Shown here: piece after piece, positions 10,518-19,817 of the stretch
Numbering within the stretch: position 1 is the first letter of the stretch
How the letters are laid out: every line of letters starts with the position of its first letter
DNA from: Candidatus Binatia bacterium
Lineage (GTDB): Bacteria; Desulfobacterota; Binatia; Bin18
Length of the DNA: 64,000 nucleotides
Direction of reading: 5' to 3'
Assembly: GCA_963664395.2 (NCBI GenBank)
Contig: OY761159.2
Span: forward strand, 2,944,001 to 3,008,000
Notes under the pieces: model-generated
Database searches by the model: none
What the model was told of the DNA's origin: nothing
Seen by the model: only the letters and a program-made list of their open reading frames with translations
Program-made: the position numbers and the translations under genes

Positions 10518-10567
10518 GTCCCCGACGCAACCTGCTGGAATCGTGGCGATTTCGCCCTCCAGATTGA

Positions 10568-10703
10568 TTACAAAAGTTCAATCCGGAGGGGCGCGGGCTC
10601 AGGAGGCTTGCGCTTTTTCCCATAGAAAACCTGGATTCTGCCAAACTGTTTGTCGGTAATCTTGATAAGCTGCCTCACTGATATCAACGCTTCGCTTAAT
10701 CAT
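10568..10703 (-). pseudogene. cas1/cas2 deletion scar (cas1 N-terminus fused to cas2 C-terminus)
   Basis: ATG overlapping the cas9 3' end gives MIKRSVDISEAAY (II-C Cas1-like start). Another frame gives LIKITDKQFGRIQVFYGKKRKPPEPAPLRIELL-stop (II-C Cas2-like end). Confidence 0.8.
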
Positions 10704-13700
10704 TTCGCAACTTCCCGATGGCATTCACAAGATGTTTTTTCATCGCGTAATCGTGCATCAACGGCGATACGGCCTTCTCCAGTTGTTCTGCACTATTCTT
10801 CCCAGCCGCTACAGTGTGGTGTTGGAGCCCAACTCTACTATTGGTGTACTCAAGTTTTTGGACTCGGTAGAACTGCCTCTCACCGTCTACTTCAACGCTG
10901 ACCAAGTCGTTGATATGTAACGCCATCACGAATTCATACGCTTCGCCGTGGTCGGTCTGAATGACCGGACGTTTCGAGCCGTTGATCCCTCTGGCGCGGT
11001 GGGCGGCTTCCATCGCGGTGACAAATCTCCCTTCATACTTTCCGGTTGCTTGGTGACGGATAATTTCGGCATGATGTGTATTGCCATACGCCATCCACCT
11101 GAACACCTTCCCCTGACGGTCACGTACCCCGAACTTGGTTTTTTTCAGGGTGTCCAAATCGAGGACTTTTAACTGCCGGACCCGGACCCTCTTGATGGGA
11201 GTCGTACCATTCTTGTGAACGACCCTCTTGTCGTCTGCGAAAGCCTGTTTTGGATCATTATCATGGTTCTCCAGATGCGCTCGGACCTGCTGCCGGACCA
11301 CGGGATCGATAATTTTGTCAACCCACGTGACCTTGAAATCCGTATTCAGGACTTGGCGATAGACTGTTCCCGGTCCGTCAACACCGTTGCCCGCGATGAA
11401 CCCGACTCCCGTTTCTTCGTGTAATGCGCCGCTGATCTTCCGTTGCGGGACGTGAGAGACAATCAGCGCTTGGAGTTGGTTGTGCACATCCTGCCTGAAG
11501 GTTTGCCACGGAATATCTATGCGTATATCTCGCAGATTGAGTTCCGAGTGGGAACGTTCGAGTTGCTTGGCCCGCCTCGCCAAACGCTGATGAAAGCCAC
11601 GGTCAATGCAGGCGATGACAGCAGCATCAATGGCGTGGTGGCGATGGTCTGTCCGTTCCTTCTCAGCGCTCGTGCCTATCAGGCTGTTCAAGCCCCATTG
11701 ACGACGGAGCCAACCGGTGAATGCCGCCTTGGGAAACGTGACATCAACTCCCAGGGCGCTCAGATAACGGCCTGCTTCCCGACTGATATAGCGAGTGTCG
11801 GTAAGCTGACTGCCGATAAAGTCTCTGTTTTGTAGCTCGGCTTCTTTCTTGTAGAAACGCTCCCGCTTGGACTTGAGGCTCTTGCCCCAACGACTGATGG
11901 TCTGGGTAATCTGATTCCACTTGTCCCCATTGCTACCGAAGGCGTCCATAGGCGTGCGATTGCGTTTGTCGCGGTTTTCCTCCGTATAGCAAACGACCTT
12001 GTTCATATAGGAGTCGTCCAGCGTCAGGCTGTAAGGCAGGATGTGGTCAATCTCAACCGCTGGCCCGAACAGTTCGGATAAAATGATCTGCCTTCCGCTG
12101 TAGGCGCACTTCTCTTCCTGGTCTTTCCACAGGCGATATTTCAGCTTGTCGCTTCGACTCGGATTTTCGGACAAGCCGAGATGTGCGTTTTTCTGGCGCA
12201 TCTCGGCGTACTTCTGAGCGGCTTCCTCATTGGCCTTGGTGTTCGCATTTTGCTGTTTGCGGAAGGCGGCATATCGCTTGGTATTCATCTCCAGATCGCG
12301 GGCCATTTCAATGCGAACCGCGTCCGGCTTGCCGTACTCGGCAATAACGGCATTCACCACCCGGCGTAGTTCGTGCAATCCTTTTTGCACTATGGGATTG
12401 GCTATTGTTGGCGGCGGGCCAAGACGGTCTTGCGCTGTGATGGATTCTGGTTCGTACCCGTAGCCCACTTCAACACGGGCATCAGAGAGAATTTTTCCCT
12501 GTTCCAGGTAGGGCAGCAGCTTGCGAACAGCTTTGGTCGAAAAATTGCCGTGACCCGGCTCGAACTCCACCATGCAGAGACGTACCGCAGTTGTGGAATC
12601 AAACTGCCAGTGACCTATAAGTCGCTTTTTCAATACGGATTTTTTCTGGATAGTCAGTAGGTCTTCCGCGAGAGCATATTGTTTGTCCCCGGAAAATGCG
12701 TCCCATTCGGGCAGTACCTTACGTATCGCGCAGGCGGTCGTGTTGCCTTTGAGCTTTTTGACTTCGGATCTTTCCAGGTTGAACTCGGTCGTCCGAGCCA
12801 GCCCAAGAGCTTTACGCAATCTGGCAAAAGTGAGCACCGGCGTGTTCTCAAACAGTGTGGCCAAGAGAGCACGGTCTTCATCGCTGAGCGTGCTCCAGGT
12901 TTCTGTATACGAATCAAAGAATTGGAGATTGTTGATGTCCTGGAGGTAACGGAACTTCTGATATTCCAAACGGGCAATTCTCGCTCGTGTGCATCGTGGC
13001 TCTAAGGAACATTTCCCTACTCGGTCATCCTGAAGCTTGAGCGGACGCTGATGGAAAATAATCTGCTCTATTTGTTCCTTTACCGTATCCGTCAACACCG
13101 TGTGGTGCTTTTTCTGTTCCTCCCAAATGGCGTCCAACTCCTCCCGGTACATTTGCCGGTCGGTCCGCAGATGTCCTCCGTCTCGCTGCCGGTTACGCTT
13201 GCTTTGAAGAGGCTCCAGCGAAGAGAGATATTCACCCAGGGTGCGACAACCGGATTTTTTGATCTTTTCTCGCAGATCACTGGTGTCTTTTTTGAACGCA
13301 GTCTCTTCTTTTTCTTCGTCCGTAATGTCGGTCTTGCCATCGGCATTGTCCTCGTCCAACTCGGCCAGAACTGCCTGCACGTCCGGGTCGTCCAACATCT
13401 CCTGACCCAGCAGCGTTTTACGGTTGCTGAGAAACCCCCGTCGTTGCACGAGGTGGAGAAGAACGCGCCCGAGTTCGTGTACACTCAGGGGGGAATCCAG
13501 CGCTTTGGCGCGGAGGGAGTACGGCTCTCCAAGCTCATTCAGAACGCTCTCCGGTTTCGGATGGTCTTTGAGACTGGTCGGCAGCAGATTCAGACTGACC
13601 AAGTAGTTCAGCATCCGTTGGCGGCGTCTGGCGCGTCGCTGCACTACGCGTCTTGCTAATCGGCTGTTACGACGCTTTTGATTCTTAGGCGTTGGTGTCT

Positions 13701-13836
13701 TATCTTCGACGGCTTTATTGAATATGCGCGAGCCGAGATCAATTAACCCGGTTGGTTTCCCAGCGTCGGTTGTTTTGAGGAGCGCCCAGCCTATGGAATT
13801 TGATCCTAAATCCAGTCCCAGAATGTGCTTGCTCAC
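10696..13836 (-). CDS. cas9: Type II-C CRISPR endonuclease Cas9 (1046 aa)
   Basis: RuvC-I ILGLDLGSNSIGWA, Arg-rich bridge helix, RuvC-II IEMARD, HNH EIDHILPYS...N...N, RuvC-III HHAIDA. Confidence 0.98.
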   Translation of the reverse strand: MSKHILGLDLGSNSIGWALLKTTDAGKPTGLIDLGSRIFNKAVEDKTPTPKNQKRRNSRLARRVVQRRARRRQRMLNYLVSLNLLPTSLKDHPKPESVLNELGEPYSLRAKALDSPLSVHELGRVLLHLVQRRGFLSNRKTLLGQEMLDDPDVQAVLAELDEDNADGKTDITDEEKEETAFKKDTSDLREKIKKSGCRTLGEYLSSLEPLQSKRNRQRDGGHLRTDRQMYREELDAIWEEQKKHHTVLTDTVKEQIEQIIFHQRPLKLQDDRVGKCSLEPRCTRARIARLEYQKFRYLQDINNLQFFDSYTETWSTLSDEDRALLATLFENTPVLTFARLRKALGLARTTEFNLERSEVKKLKGNTTACAIRKVLPEWDAFSGDKQYALAEDLLTIQKKSVLKKRLIGHWQFDSTTAVRLCMVEFEPGHGNFSTKAVRKLLPYLEQGKILSDARVEVGYGYEPESITAQDRLGPPPTIANPIVQKGLHELRRVVNAVIAEYGKPDAVRIEMARDLEMNTKRYAAFRKQQNANTKANEEAAQKYAEMRQKNAHLGLSENPSRSDKLKYRLWKDQEEKCAYSGRQIILSELFGPAVEIDHILPYSLTLDDSYMNKVVCYTEENRDKRNRTPMDAFGSNGDKWNQITQTISRWGKSLKSKRERFYKKEAELQNRDFIGSQLTDTRYISREAGRYLSALGVDVTFPKAAFTGWLRRQWGLNSLIGTSAEKERTDHRHHAIDAAVIACIDRGFHQRLARRAKQLERSHSELNLRDIRIDIPWQTFRQDVHNQLQALIVSHVPQRKISGALHEETGVGFIAGNGVDGPGTVYRQVLNTDFKVTWVDKIIDPVVRQQVRAHLENHDNDPKQAFADDKRVVHKNGTTPIKRVRVRQLKVLDLDTLKKTKFGVRDRQGKVFRWMAYGNTHHAEIIRHQATGKYEGRFVTAMEAAHRARGINGSKRPVIQTDHGEAYEFVMALHINDLVSVEVDGERQFYRVQKLEYTNSRVGLQHHTVAAGKNSAEQLEKAVSPLMHDYAMKKHLVNAIGKLRND

Positions 13837-13864
13837 GTATCGTCTCCCGTGTATATTCCTCGGC

Positions 13865-13970
13865 AGTGTAACTCACCAAGGCCTGTCGTCAGCTCTTCAT
13901 ACCAAAGAAGTTGTTTCTTCGCAGGCAACGCTTTCAAGCGACCAGAGCCCTCCCAGTGGGGGCTTTTTTT
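13865..13970 (+). ncRNA. tracrRNA
   Basis: AGTGTAACTCACCAAGGCCTGTC is a 22/23 match to the reverse complement of the repeat. It is followed by hairpins and a GC stem plus T7 terminator (13946-13970). Ends approximate. Confidence 0.88.
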
Positions 13971-13992
13971 ATTCTCTATGGTTGTCGGCGGT

Positions 13993-14062
13993 GACGCTTG
14001 TTACGGCACCAGCCGTATGCCGATATACACCAGGGTAAAGACCGTCAAAAAGACGATACCGG
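13993..14062 (-). repeat. Direct repeat copy 2: actual 3' end of the Nramp-like gene
   Basis: Aligned with 10011-10080; shared 18-bp identical core GCCGATATACACCAGGGT. Confidence 0.88.
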
Positions 14063-15311
14063 CCCAACTCAGCAGCCGCAGCCAGGGCGGAGGGTGGGCG
14101 GCGGCTGGCACATGGGGGCTGAGGACGAGCCGATGGTTGGCCAGGGCAATAATCGGCGCGACCAGAAATGAGATAACGGTGGCCAGGTCGATGAGCGTGG
14201 TAAAGCTGGTGAGAAACAGCGCAATAATCAGATAGCCGCCAACCGCGCCAATGACGAGCCAGACGTTATACACTGTGCGGCTGTCCTGTCCGTCCTGGCT
14301 CCGAGAAAACAATAATGCCCAGGTGCGGTCCATGGCCCTGGCATAGCCGTCAAAGATGACCAGGGCGGTGCCAAACATGACGGAAAAGGCCGAAGAGGCG
14401 ATGATGATATAGCTCCAGTCCCCGAGCGTTGCGGTGTAGAGCCGAATCACCTCATGCGTGAACTGTGTCCCGCTCTGGTTTGAGAATGACTGCCCGGAAC
14501 CGTACATGATGAACGCCCCCAGCGTCATGAAGCAGACGGCCAGAAACGCCGTCATCACATACGCGACATTAAAGTCGAGCAGCGTCTCGCGCAGGGTCGG
14601 CCGGTAGCCGGTCTGCTTGAAGCGTTCAAGCGTCCAGAGGCTGTTGAGGGCGGATAAATCCAAGGGAGCCGGCATCCAGCCCATGAGGGCAATCAGAAAG
14701 GCAAAGCCCGAGGCGGTCCAGACCTCGGACGAGTAGAAGGCCACCGGCGCGGTCGGACCGCGCAAGAGGGTCAGAACAAAAGCGGTCAGGGTGGAGAGAA
14801 ACAGTACTGTACAAATGACCTTGATGAGGCGGTCCAGGGTGCTGTATTTTCCGACCAGCAAAATGCTGACGCAGCCGACGATCAGGAACAGGGCGGTGTG
14901 GATAACCGGCAGGTCGAGGCCGAGCAGGTTGTTCAGCAGTCCGGCGGTGGTAAAACAGATGGCCGCGATAATAATGGACATCGGGCTGACCGTAATAAAC
15001 AAATAGAGATATAAGGCCCAGTTCCCGAAACGCTTATAGCCATCGATCAGGCTTTCGCCGGTCGCGTTCGCATAGCGCGAGCCGTACTCAAAGGACGGAT
15101 ATTTCAGGAGATTGGCAAGAATAACCGCCCACAGCAGCGCATAGCCATAGTCGGCCCCGGCGCGGGTTGACTGCACTAAATGTGAGACGCCAATGGCGGT
15201 GCTGGCAAAGAGCAGGCCCGGCCCCAGGGTTTTGAGCAGGCGGGAGCGCTGGCTGTCTTCTTCTTTCGGGGCGGTTGTCTCCATAGGAGCAGTCGCTTGT
15301 GTGTTTTCCAT
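14001..15311 (-). CDS. Nramp-related (APC superfamily) transporter
   Basis: LGPGLLFASTAIGVSHLVQSTRAGADYG, ALMGWMPAP, about 11 hydrophobic segments. Start taken at MENTQ. Confidence 0.85.
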   Translation of the reverse strand: MENTQATAPMETTAPKEEDSQRSRLLKTLGPGLLFASTAIGVSHLVQSTRAGADYGYALLWAVILANLLKYPSFEYGSRYANATGESLIDGYKRFGNWALYLYLFITVSPMSIIIAAICFTTAGLLNNLLGLDLPVIHTALFLIVGCVSILLVGKYSTLDRLIKVICTVLFLSTLTAFVLTLLRGPTAPVAFYSSEVWTASGFAFLIALMGWMPAPLDLSALNSLWTLERFKQTGYRPTLRETLLDFNVAYVMTAFLAVCFMTLGAFIMYGSGQSFSNQSGTQFTHEVIRLYTATLGDWSYIIIASSAFSVMFGTALVIFDGYARAMDRTWALLFSRSQDGQDSRTVYNVWLVIGAVGGYLIIALFLTSFTTLIDLATVISFLVAPIIALANHRLVLSPHVPAAAHPPPWLRLLSWAGIVFLTVFTLVYIGIRLVP

Positions 15312-15491
15312 ACAAAGCCTGGTATGACAATTGTGTGACTGAGGGTTGCAGCAGAGAAACATGACTCTTTCTTGTGTGTCAAGAAGAAGTGGTTGGACTG
15401 CGCTGCCCTTGAGAGGAGAGTTTCCTATGGAAGAGGGGGCTTCCTTTACGGGAACGCCTTTGCGCATAGCAACCCGATAATCGAGCGCCGC

Positions 15492-16877
15492 ATGGATCTT
15501 TCCGCTATCCTCCAAACGATTCCTCACTATCAGGAGTTCCTGACCCTGGAAGAACTGCGTCAAAGTTCCGTCCAACTCGTTGAAGAATTCCCGAACATTG
15601 CTCAACTCGAAAAAATTGGGATATCCACTGACGGACGTCCGATTGAGTTGTTAACCATCGGCTCTGGAACCCGGCACGCGCTTTTCCTTGGAGTGCCGCA
15701 TCCCAACGAACCTATTGGGACGCTGAGTCTGGAATTCCTGAGTCGTTTACTGTGCGAGCAGGACGACCTCAGAGCAGAGCTTGACTACACTTTCCTCATT
15801 GTCAAAGCCATTGATCCCGATGGCTTGGTCCTCAACGAAGGCTGGTTGAAGGGAGAGTTCTCTCCGCTTCAGTATGCCCTCAACTACTACCGCTGCACGG
15901 CCCGGGAACAAGTTGAGTGGGGCTTTCCGATTGACTATAAGACGCTGCATTTTTCCTCGCCATCTGCCGAAACCCAGGTGGTTATGCGGCTGATGCAGGC
16001 GTATCGGCCCCGTTTTTGTCACTCGCTGCATAACGCAAGTTTTTGTGGTGTCTATTTTTACGCCACCCGGAATTGCCCGGAACTGTTCACTCAGTTTCAC
16101 GAACTCGTCGCCGGCCAGGGCCTCCCGCTGCATCACGGTGAACCAGAGGTGCCGTATATCCAACCCTGGACACAGGCCGTGTATCCATTCTTCGGAGTAC
16201 GCGAAGGCTATGACTTCATGGCGCAGCATCTGGACGAAGACCCTGCGCTCTCCATCACGACGGGGACGAGTTCAGCCGATTATTTGAAACAGTACGTCCC
16301 GCAGGCATTGTCGCTCGTGTGCGAACTGCCGTACTTCACCGACCCGGCTATTGCAGATGTCTTGCCGGCAGGTATGTCGCGTCGTGCAGCGCTGCTTGAG
16401 GGACTCCGGCAGGTCGAAGAAATCGTCCAGCTTATTGAAACGCACGTGTCCGCTTTGCAGGCCGGGCTTCCTTCCTCGCGGCTCTCCCGGTCTGTTGCCG
16501 ACTACCTCGACCGAACCCCCAAACGCCTGGCGGCACAGCGGAGACAGCTCGAAGAGATCACGGCATATGCTGAAGAAGCAACCTGTGCGCAGGCCTTTGA
16601 CGCACTCGTCTGCAAGACCTTGCCGCCAACGCTCTATCTGGGCGAAGTATACCGTTTGGCGAAAGAGGGCGGCGAAGAGGGGAGAGCCGCAGAGATTCGT
16701 GGCCACATCGAACAGCAGATCGAACAACTCACGGCCAAGAGCACTCTTCAAGTCCTGCCATTAAAAAAGCTGGTTGCGGTACAAGTTGGAAGTGGGCTAC
16801 TGGCCATGCTACGGAGAGAGACAGAGGCGGACTCAACTGGGCGCATGTCCGAAAAGGGAGGGGAGCCATGGCAGTAG
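15492..16877 (+). CDS. M14 family zinc carboxypeptidase
   Basis: IG-x-S-x-x-GRPI, HPNE zinc motif, DPDG, SLHN. Confidence 0.85.
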   Translation: MDLSAILQTIPHYQEFLTLEELRQSSVQLVEEFPNIAQLEKIGISTDGRPIELLTIGSGTRHALFLGVPHPNEPIGTLSLEFLSRLLCEQDDLRAELDYTFLIVKAIDPDGLVLNEGWLKGEFSPLQYALNYYRCTAREQVEWGFPIDYKTLHFSSPSAETQVVMRLMQAYRPRFCHSLHNASFCGVYFYATRNCPELFTQFHELVAGQGLPLHHGEPEVPYIQPWTQAVYPFFGVREGYDFMAQHLDEDPALSITTGTSSADYLKQYVPQALSLVCELPYFTDPAIADVLPAGMSRRAALLEGLRQVEEIVQLIETHVSALQAGLPSSRLSRSVADYLDRTPKRLAAQRRQLEEITAYAEEATCAQAFDALVCKTLPPTLYLGEVYRLAKEGGEEGRAAEIRGHIEQQIEQLTAKSTLQVLPLKKLVAVQVGSGLLAMLRRETEADSTGRMSEKGGEPWQ

Positions 16878-18001
16878 AGAGCAGCCAATACGCAGACGGA
16901 ATGCGGCAGGCTGAGAAAAGACTCCTGGACTTCCTGCGTATAATGGAAGCCCACCTCGAAGGGCTCCATCTTAATCGACTGGCCGAACAGAATGCCCGGT
17001 TAAAAGAAAGACTCGGGGAGACGCTCGAAGCGCTACGGGCAGACCTGGCGCTCTCTTCTCCACCGGAACAGCTGCAAGAGTTCCATACGAAGTTTAGCAA
17101 AGCGGTGCAGCACTGTGCTGATGCCTATGCATTTCTGTTGCATTTTATCAGCCAGGAGTTTGCGATGGATTTCTTGAAAGGGCGGTATGAGTTCTGCCGG
17201 GGAAAATATCTCTTGTATGAACTGCGCGCCGGGTTGCCCATCCTCCAACAATACTGGGTTTTTCCGGATGTCTTGGCAGCTCTTCCAGCTTTGGAAATAC
17301 AGGAGCCCGACCTGGACGTCCCGGTGGGTATTATACGCAAAGAACGGCAGGAGCAGCGTTCAGCCTATTCTCTATATGTGCCTGAGCATTACACGCCGTA
17401 CAAAGAATGGCCGCTCATTGTCTGTCTCCACAGCGGCTATAGTCGGGAAGACGATTACCTGCTGACATGGCTGCGGGCCGCAAAGAGCAAGGGCTATATG
17501 CTGCTTGCCCCGAAGTCAGTTCGGGAAACCTGGTCGGCTATTCGTTTGCCCGGCATTCCTCCAGAGCCCATTCTGGACCGTCGTTCCATCCGCGCGATGC
17601 TGGAGGAGGTCTGGAATACCTATGCGGTGGACCGTCGGCGCATATATCTCACCGGGTTCTCTGACGGTGGGATTTTTACCTATGTTCTGGGGCTGGCGTA
17701 TGCGGATATTTTTGCCGGTATTGCCCCGGTGGCCGGGCGGATTCATCCTGCGATCAATCATCTACTGAATCGCGGTCAAGGCAAAGACCTGCCCATCTTC
17801 ATCGTGCATGGCGAACAAGACCCGATCTTTGCCGTTGATGTCACCCGACAGACACATACCGGGCTGACAAAGCTGGGCTATAACGTGACCTATACGGAGC
17901 TGCCGGATTGGGGCCACGCCTATCCGTACTCAATCAACGAGACGCTGGTGCTGCCGTGGTTCGAGGGCCTGGGGGCAAAGCAACTACTTGGTTCGGCGTG
18001 A
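16868..18001 (+). CDS. alpha/beta hydrolase (esterase/phospholipase-like)
   Basis: YVP...WPLIVCLH, nucleophile GFSDGG, HGEQD, GH. Confidence 0.85.
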   Translation: MAVESSQYADGMRQAEKRLLDFLRIMEAHLEGLHLNRLAEQNARLKERLGETLEALRADLALSSPPEQLQEFHTKFSKAVQHCADAYAFLLHFISQEFAMDFLKGRYEFCRGKYLLYELRAGLPILQQYWVFPDVLAALPALEIQEPDLDVPVGIIRKERQEQRSAYSLYVPEHYTPYKEWPLIVCLHSGYSREDDYLLTWLRAAKSKGYMLLAPKSVRETWSAIRLPGIPPEPILDRRSIRAMLEEVWNTYAVDRRRIYLTGFSDGGIFTYVLGLAYADIFAGIAPVAGRIHPAINHLLNRGQGKDLPIFIVHGEQDPIFAVDVTRQTHTGLTKLGYNVTYTELPDWGHAYPYSINETLVLPWFEGLGAKQLLGSA

Positions 18002-18070
18002 GGCATCAAGGGCGTAATAGGCCAGGACGCCGGCAAACGCCAGGGAAACAATGGAGACAATAATATCCAT
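17984..18070 (-). CDS. Putative 28-aa single-helix membrane peptide
   Basis: GGGAG RBS, then MDIIVSIVSLAFAGVLAYYALDASRRTK. Follows the permease in the same direction. Confidence 0.5.
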   Translation of the reverse strand: MDIIVSIVSLAFAGVLAYYALDASRRTK

Positions 18071-18102
18071 GTTACAACTCCCGTAAGCTTTCGATCCGGG
18101 TA

Positions 18103-18618
18103 TCAATTTTGCCCGCCCCAGCGTGAAAAGATATGAAACAAGCGCTGGCCGACGATGCCGATAATTGGCGGCAATAAAATACTCGGAAGGGCGCGCGCGG
18201 CGGTAAACGGCCAGCCCAGAAACGGGATTTCCCAGGTAAACATCCGGGTTGGGGAGAGGAGGGTTTTTGCGGTAATAAAGGCCAAGAGGGGGCCGACGGC
18301 GACCCCTTGCTTCAGTAACGAAGCCGCGATTGGAAAAACCACATAGGGACCCCCTGGCATCACCAAGCCGATAAGCCACCCGAGTAAGATTCCCTTGATG
18401 CCGGACTGTTCTCCCATCCACTGGACCAGGGTTTCTCGCGGCAGGAGGACGTTAAAAAATCCGGCAAAGCAGCATCCCAAGAGTAACGGCAACCAGACTT
18501 CCTGGAGGAGGCTGAAAGCCGACTGCACACCCTTGAGGGAAAGATCCGGGCTTTTGGTAAAGGCGATAATAGCCAGTACCAGGGTGAGGCCGCCCATAAT
18601 GAGAACGCCGGCGTTCAT
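18103..18618 (-). CDS. Permease, ArsP/DUF318-like half
   Basis: WMGEQSGIKGILLG...PGGPYVVFPIAASL motif, hydrophobic. Start uncertain (18618 or 18693). Confidence 0.75.
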   Translation of the reverse strand: MNAGVLIMGGLTLVLAIIAFTKSPDLSLKGVQSAFSLLQEVWLPLLLGCCFAGFFNVLLPRETLVQWMGEQSGIKGILLGWLIGLVMPGGPYVVFPIAASLLKQGVAVGPLLAFITAKTLLSPTRMFTWEIPFLGWPFTAARALPSILLPPIIGIVGQRLFHIFSRWGGQN

Positions 18619-18707
18619 ACGCTTCTTTCCTTTTTGTCCCTGAGGCGGCCCTTTCCCGGCTGGGCCGGTCGTATGCGTTGGTGTGTCACTCATGCATGTT
18701 GGAGACA

Positions 18708-19805
18708 TTAAGCCGAGAGTCGCCGGCTGGTATGCAGGTCGCGATACACGAGGGTGGTAGTTTCCTTGGGAGATTCTTGGGCCGCCTTGACGACGATGTC
18801 GTGCTGCGGTGAGAGGCCACACACCGGATCAGCCGCCGCTGCATCGCCAGTCAGCAGAAACGCCTGACACCGACAGCCGCCAAAATCAACGGCTCTTTGG
18901 GCGCAACTCCGACACGGCTCCTGCATCCAGTCTTCGCCCCGATAGGCATTGAGCGCTGGTGAGTCCTGCCAGATCTCAGTCAGCGACTTGTCTTTTACGC
19001 TCTCGAAGGTGAGGTGAGAAATCGCGTGTGCCGCATGGCAGGGTAAGACGACTCCAGTGGGAGTGATGACCATATAGCTGCGTGCCCACCCACCTGAGCA
19101 GGCCTTGGGCCGGTCGCCAAAATAGTCGATTTTGACAAAGACGATTTCCATCGTGCCCCGATAGCGCGTGCGGGCCTCACGGGCGAGCTGCTCTGCTTGG
19201 TCGTACTGCTCTCGGGTCGGCATGAGCGCGCTACGGTTCTCCAACGCCCAGGCGTAGTACTGCGTATTGGCCAGTTCGAGCCGCTGGGCTCCAAGCTCTG
19301 CGGCCTGCCTGATAATCTCTGACACGCGCTCAATATTGAGACGATGCAGGGTGATATTAATCGTGAGAGGAAAATCCAGTTTCCGAATCGATTCCGCACT
19401 GGCTAATTTCTTATCGTACGCGGGCATGCCGGCAATCAGGTCTGCGGTGCGCTGATCGGTGTCCTGTATGCTTAACTGGATATGTTCGAGTCCGGCAGTC
19501 TTCAGTTCCTTGAGCCGGTCTTCGTCCAGCAGGGTGCCGCCTGTTATCAAGTTCGTGTACAGGTCGCACGCCTGGGCATGCTGTACCAGGGGGAGAATAT
19601 CTTTACGAACCAGGGGTTCACCGCCAGAGAGGTGGAGTTGGACCACGCCGAGATCTGCAGCCTCCGTAAACGTCTGACACCACTGCTCGGTGCTGAGCTC
19701 ATCCAGCATGGCGTGGAAATCTACCGGATTAGAGCAATACACACATTTGAGAGGACAACGGTAGGAGAGTTCGGCAACGACAGTGTAGGGACGCGGCGTG
19801 TTCAT
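18708..19805 (-). CDS. pqqE: PQQ biosynthesis radical SAM protein
   Basis: AELSYRCPLKCVYCSNP, LELANTQYYAWA, SPASM DFGGCRCQAF. Confidence 0.97.
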   Translation of the reverse strand: MNTPRPYTVVAELSYRCPLKCVYCSNPVDFHAMLDELSTEQWCQTFTEAADLGVVQLHLSGGEPLVRKDILPLVQHAQACDLYTNLITGGTLLDEDRLKELKTAGLEHIQLSIQDTDQRTADLIAGMPAYDKKLASAESIRKLDFPLTINITLHRLNIERVSEIIRQAAELGAQRLELANTQYYAWALENRSALMPTREQYDQAEQLAREARTRYRGTMEIVFVKIDYFGDRPKACSGGWARSYMVITPTGVVLPCHAAHAISHLTFESVKDKSLTEIWQDSPALNAYRGEDWMQEPCRSCAQRAVDFGGCRCQAFLLTGDAAAADPVCGLSPQHDIVVKAAQESPKETTTLVYRDLHTSRRLSA

Positions 19806-19817
19806 GCATGACTCCGA

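Noticed and set aside
10518-10567. Possible seventh spacer and degenerate eighth repeat
   Set aside because: Similarity to the repeat is too weak and the segment runs into the cas2 remnant stop. More likely leader/trailer sequence.
10063-10644. 193-aa ORF with repeated SVTHQGLSAIHN (and plus-strand equivalents)
   Set aside because: Translation of the CRISPR repeats.
15312-15605. N-terminal extensions of the Nramp-like and M14 ORFs
   Set aside because: They overlap each other divergently; family similarity starts at the downstream ATGs.
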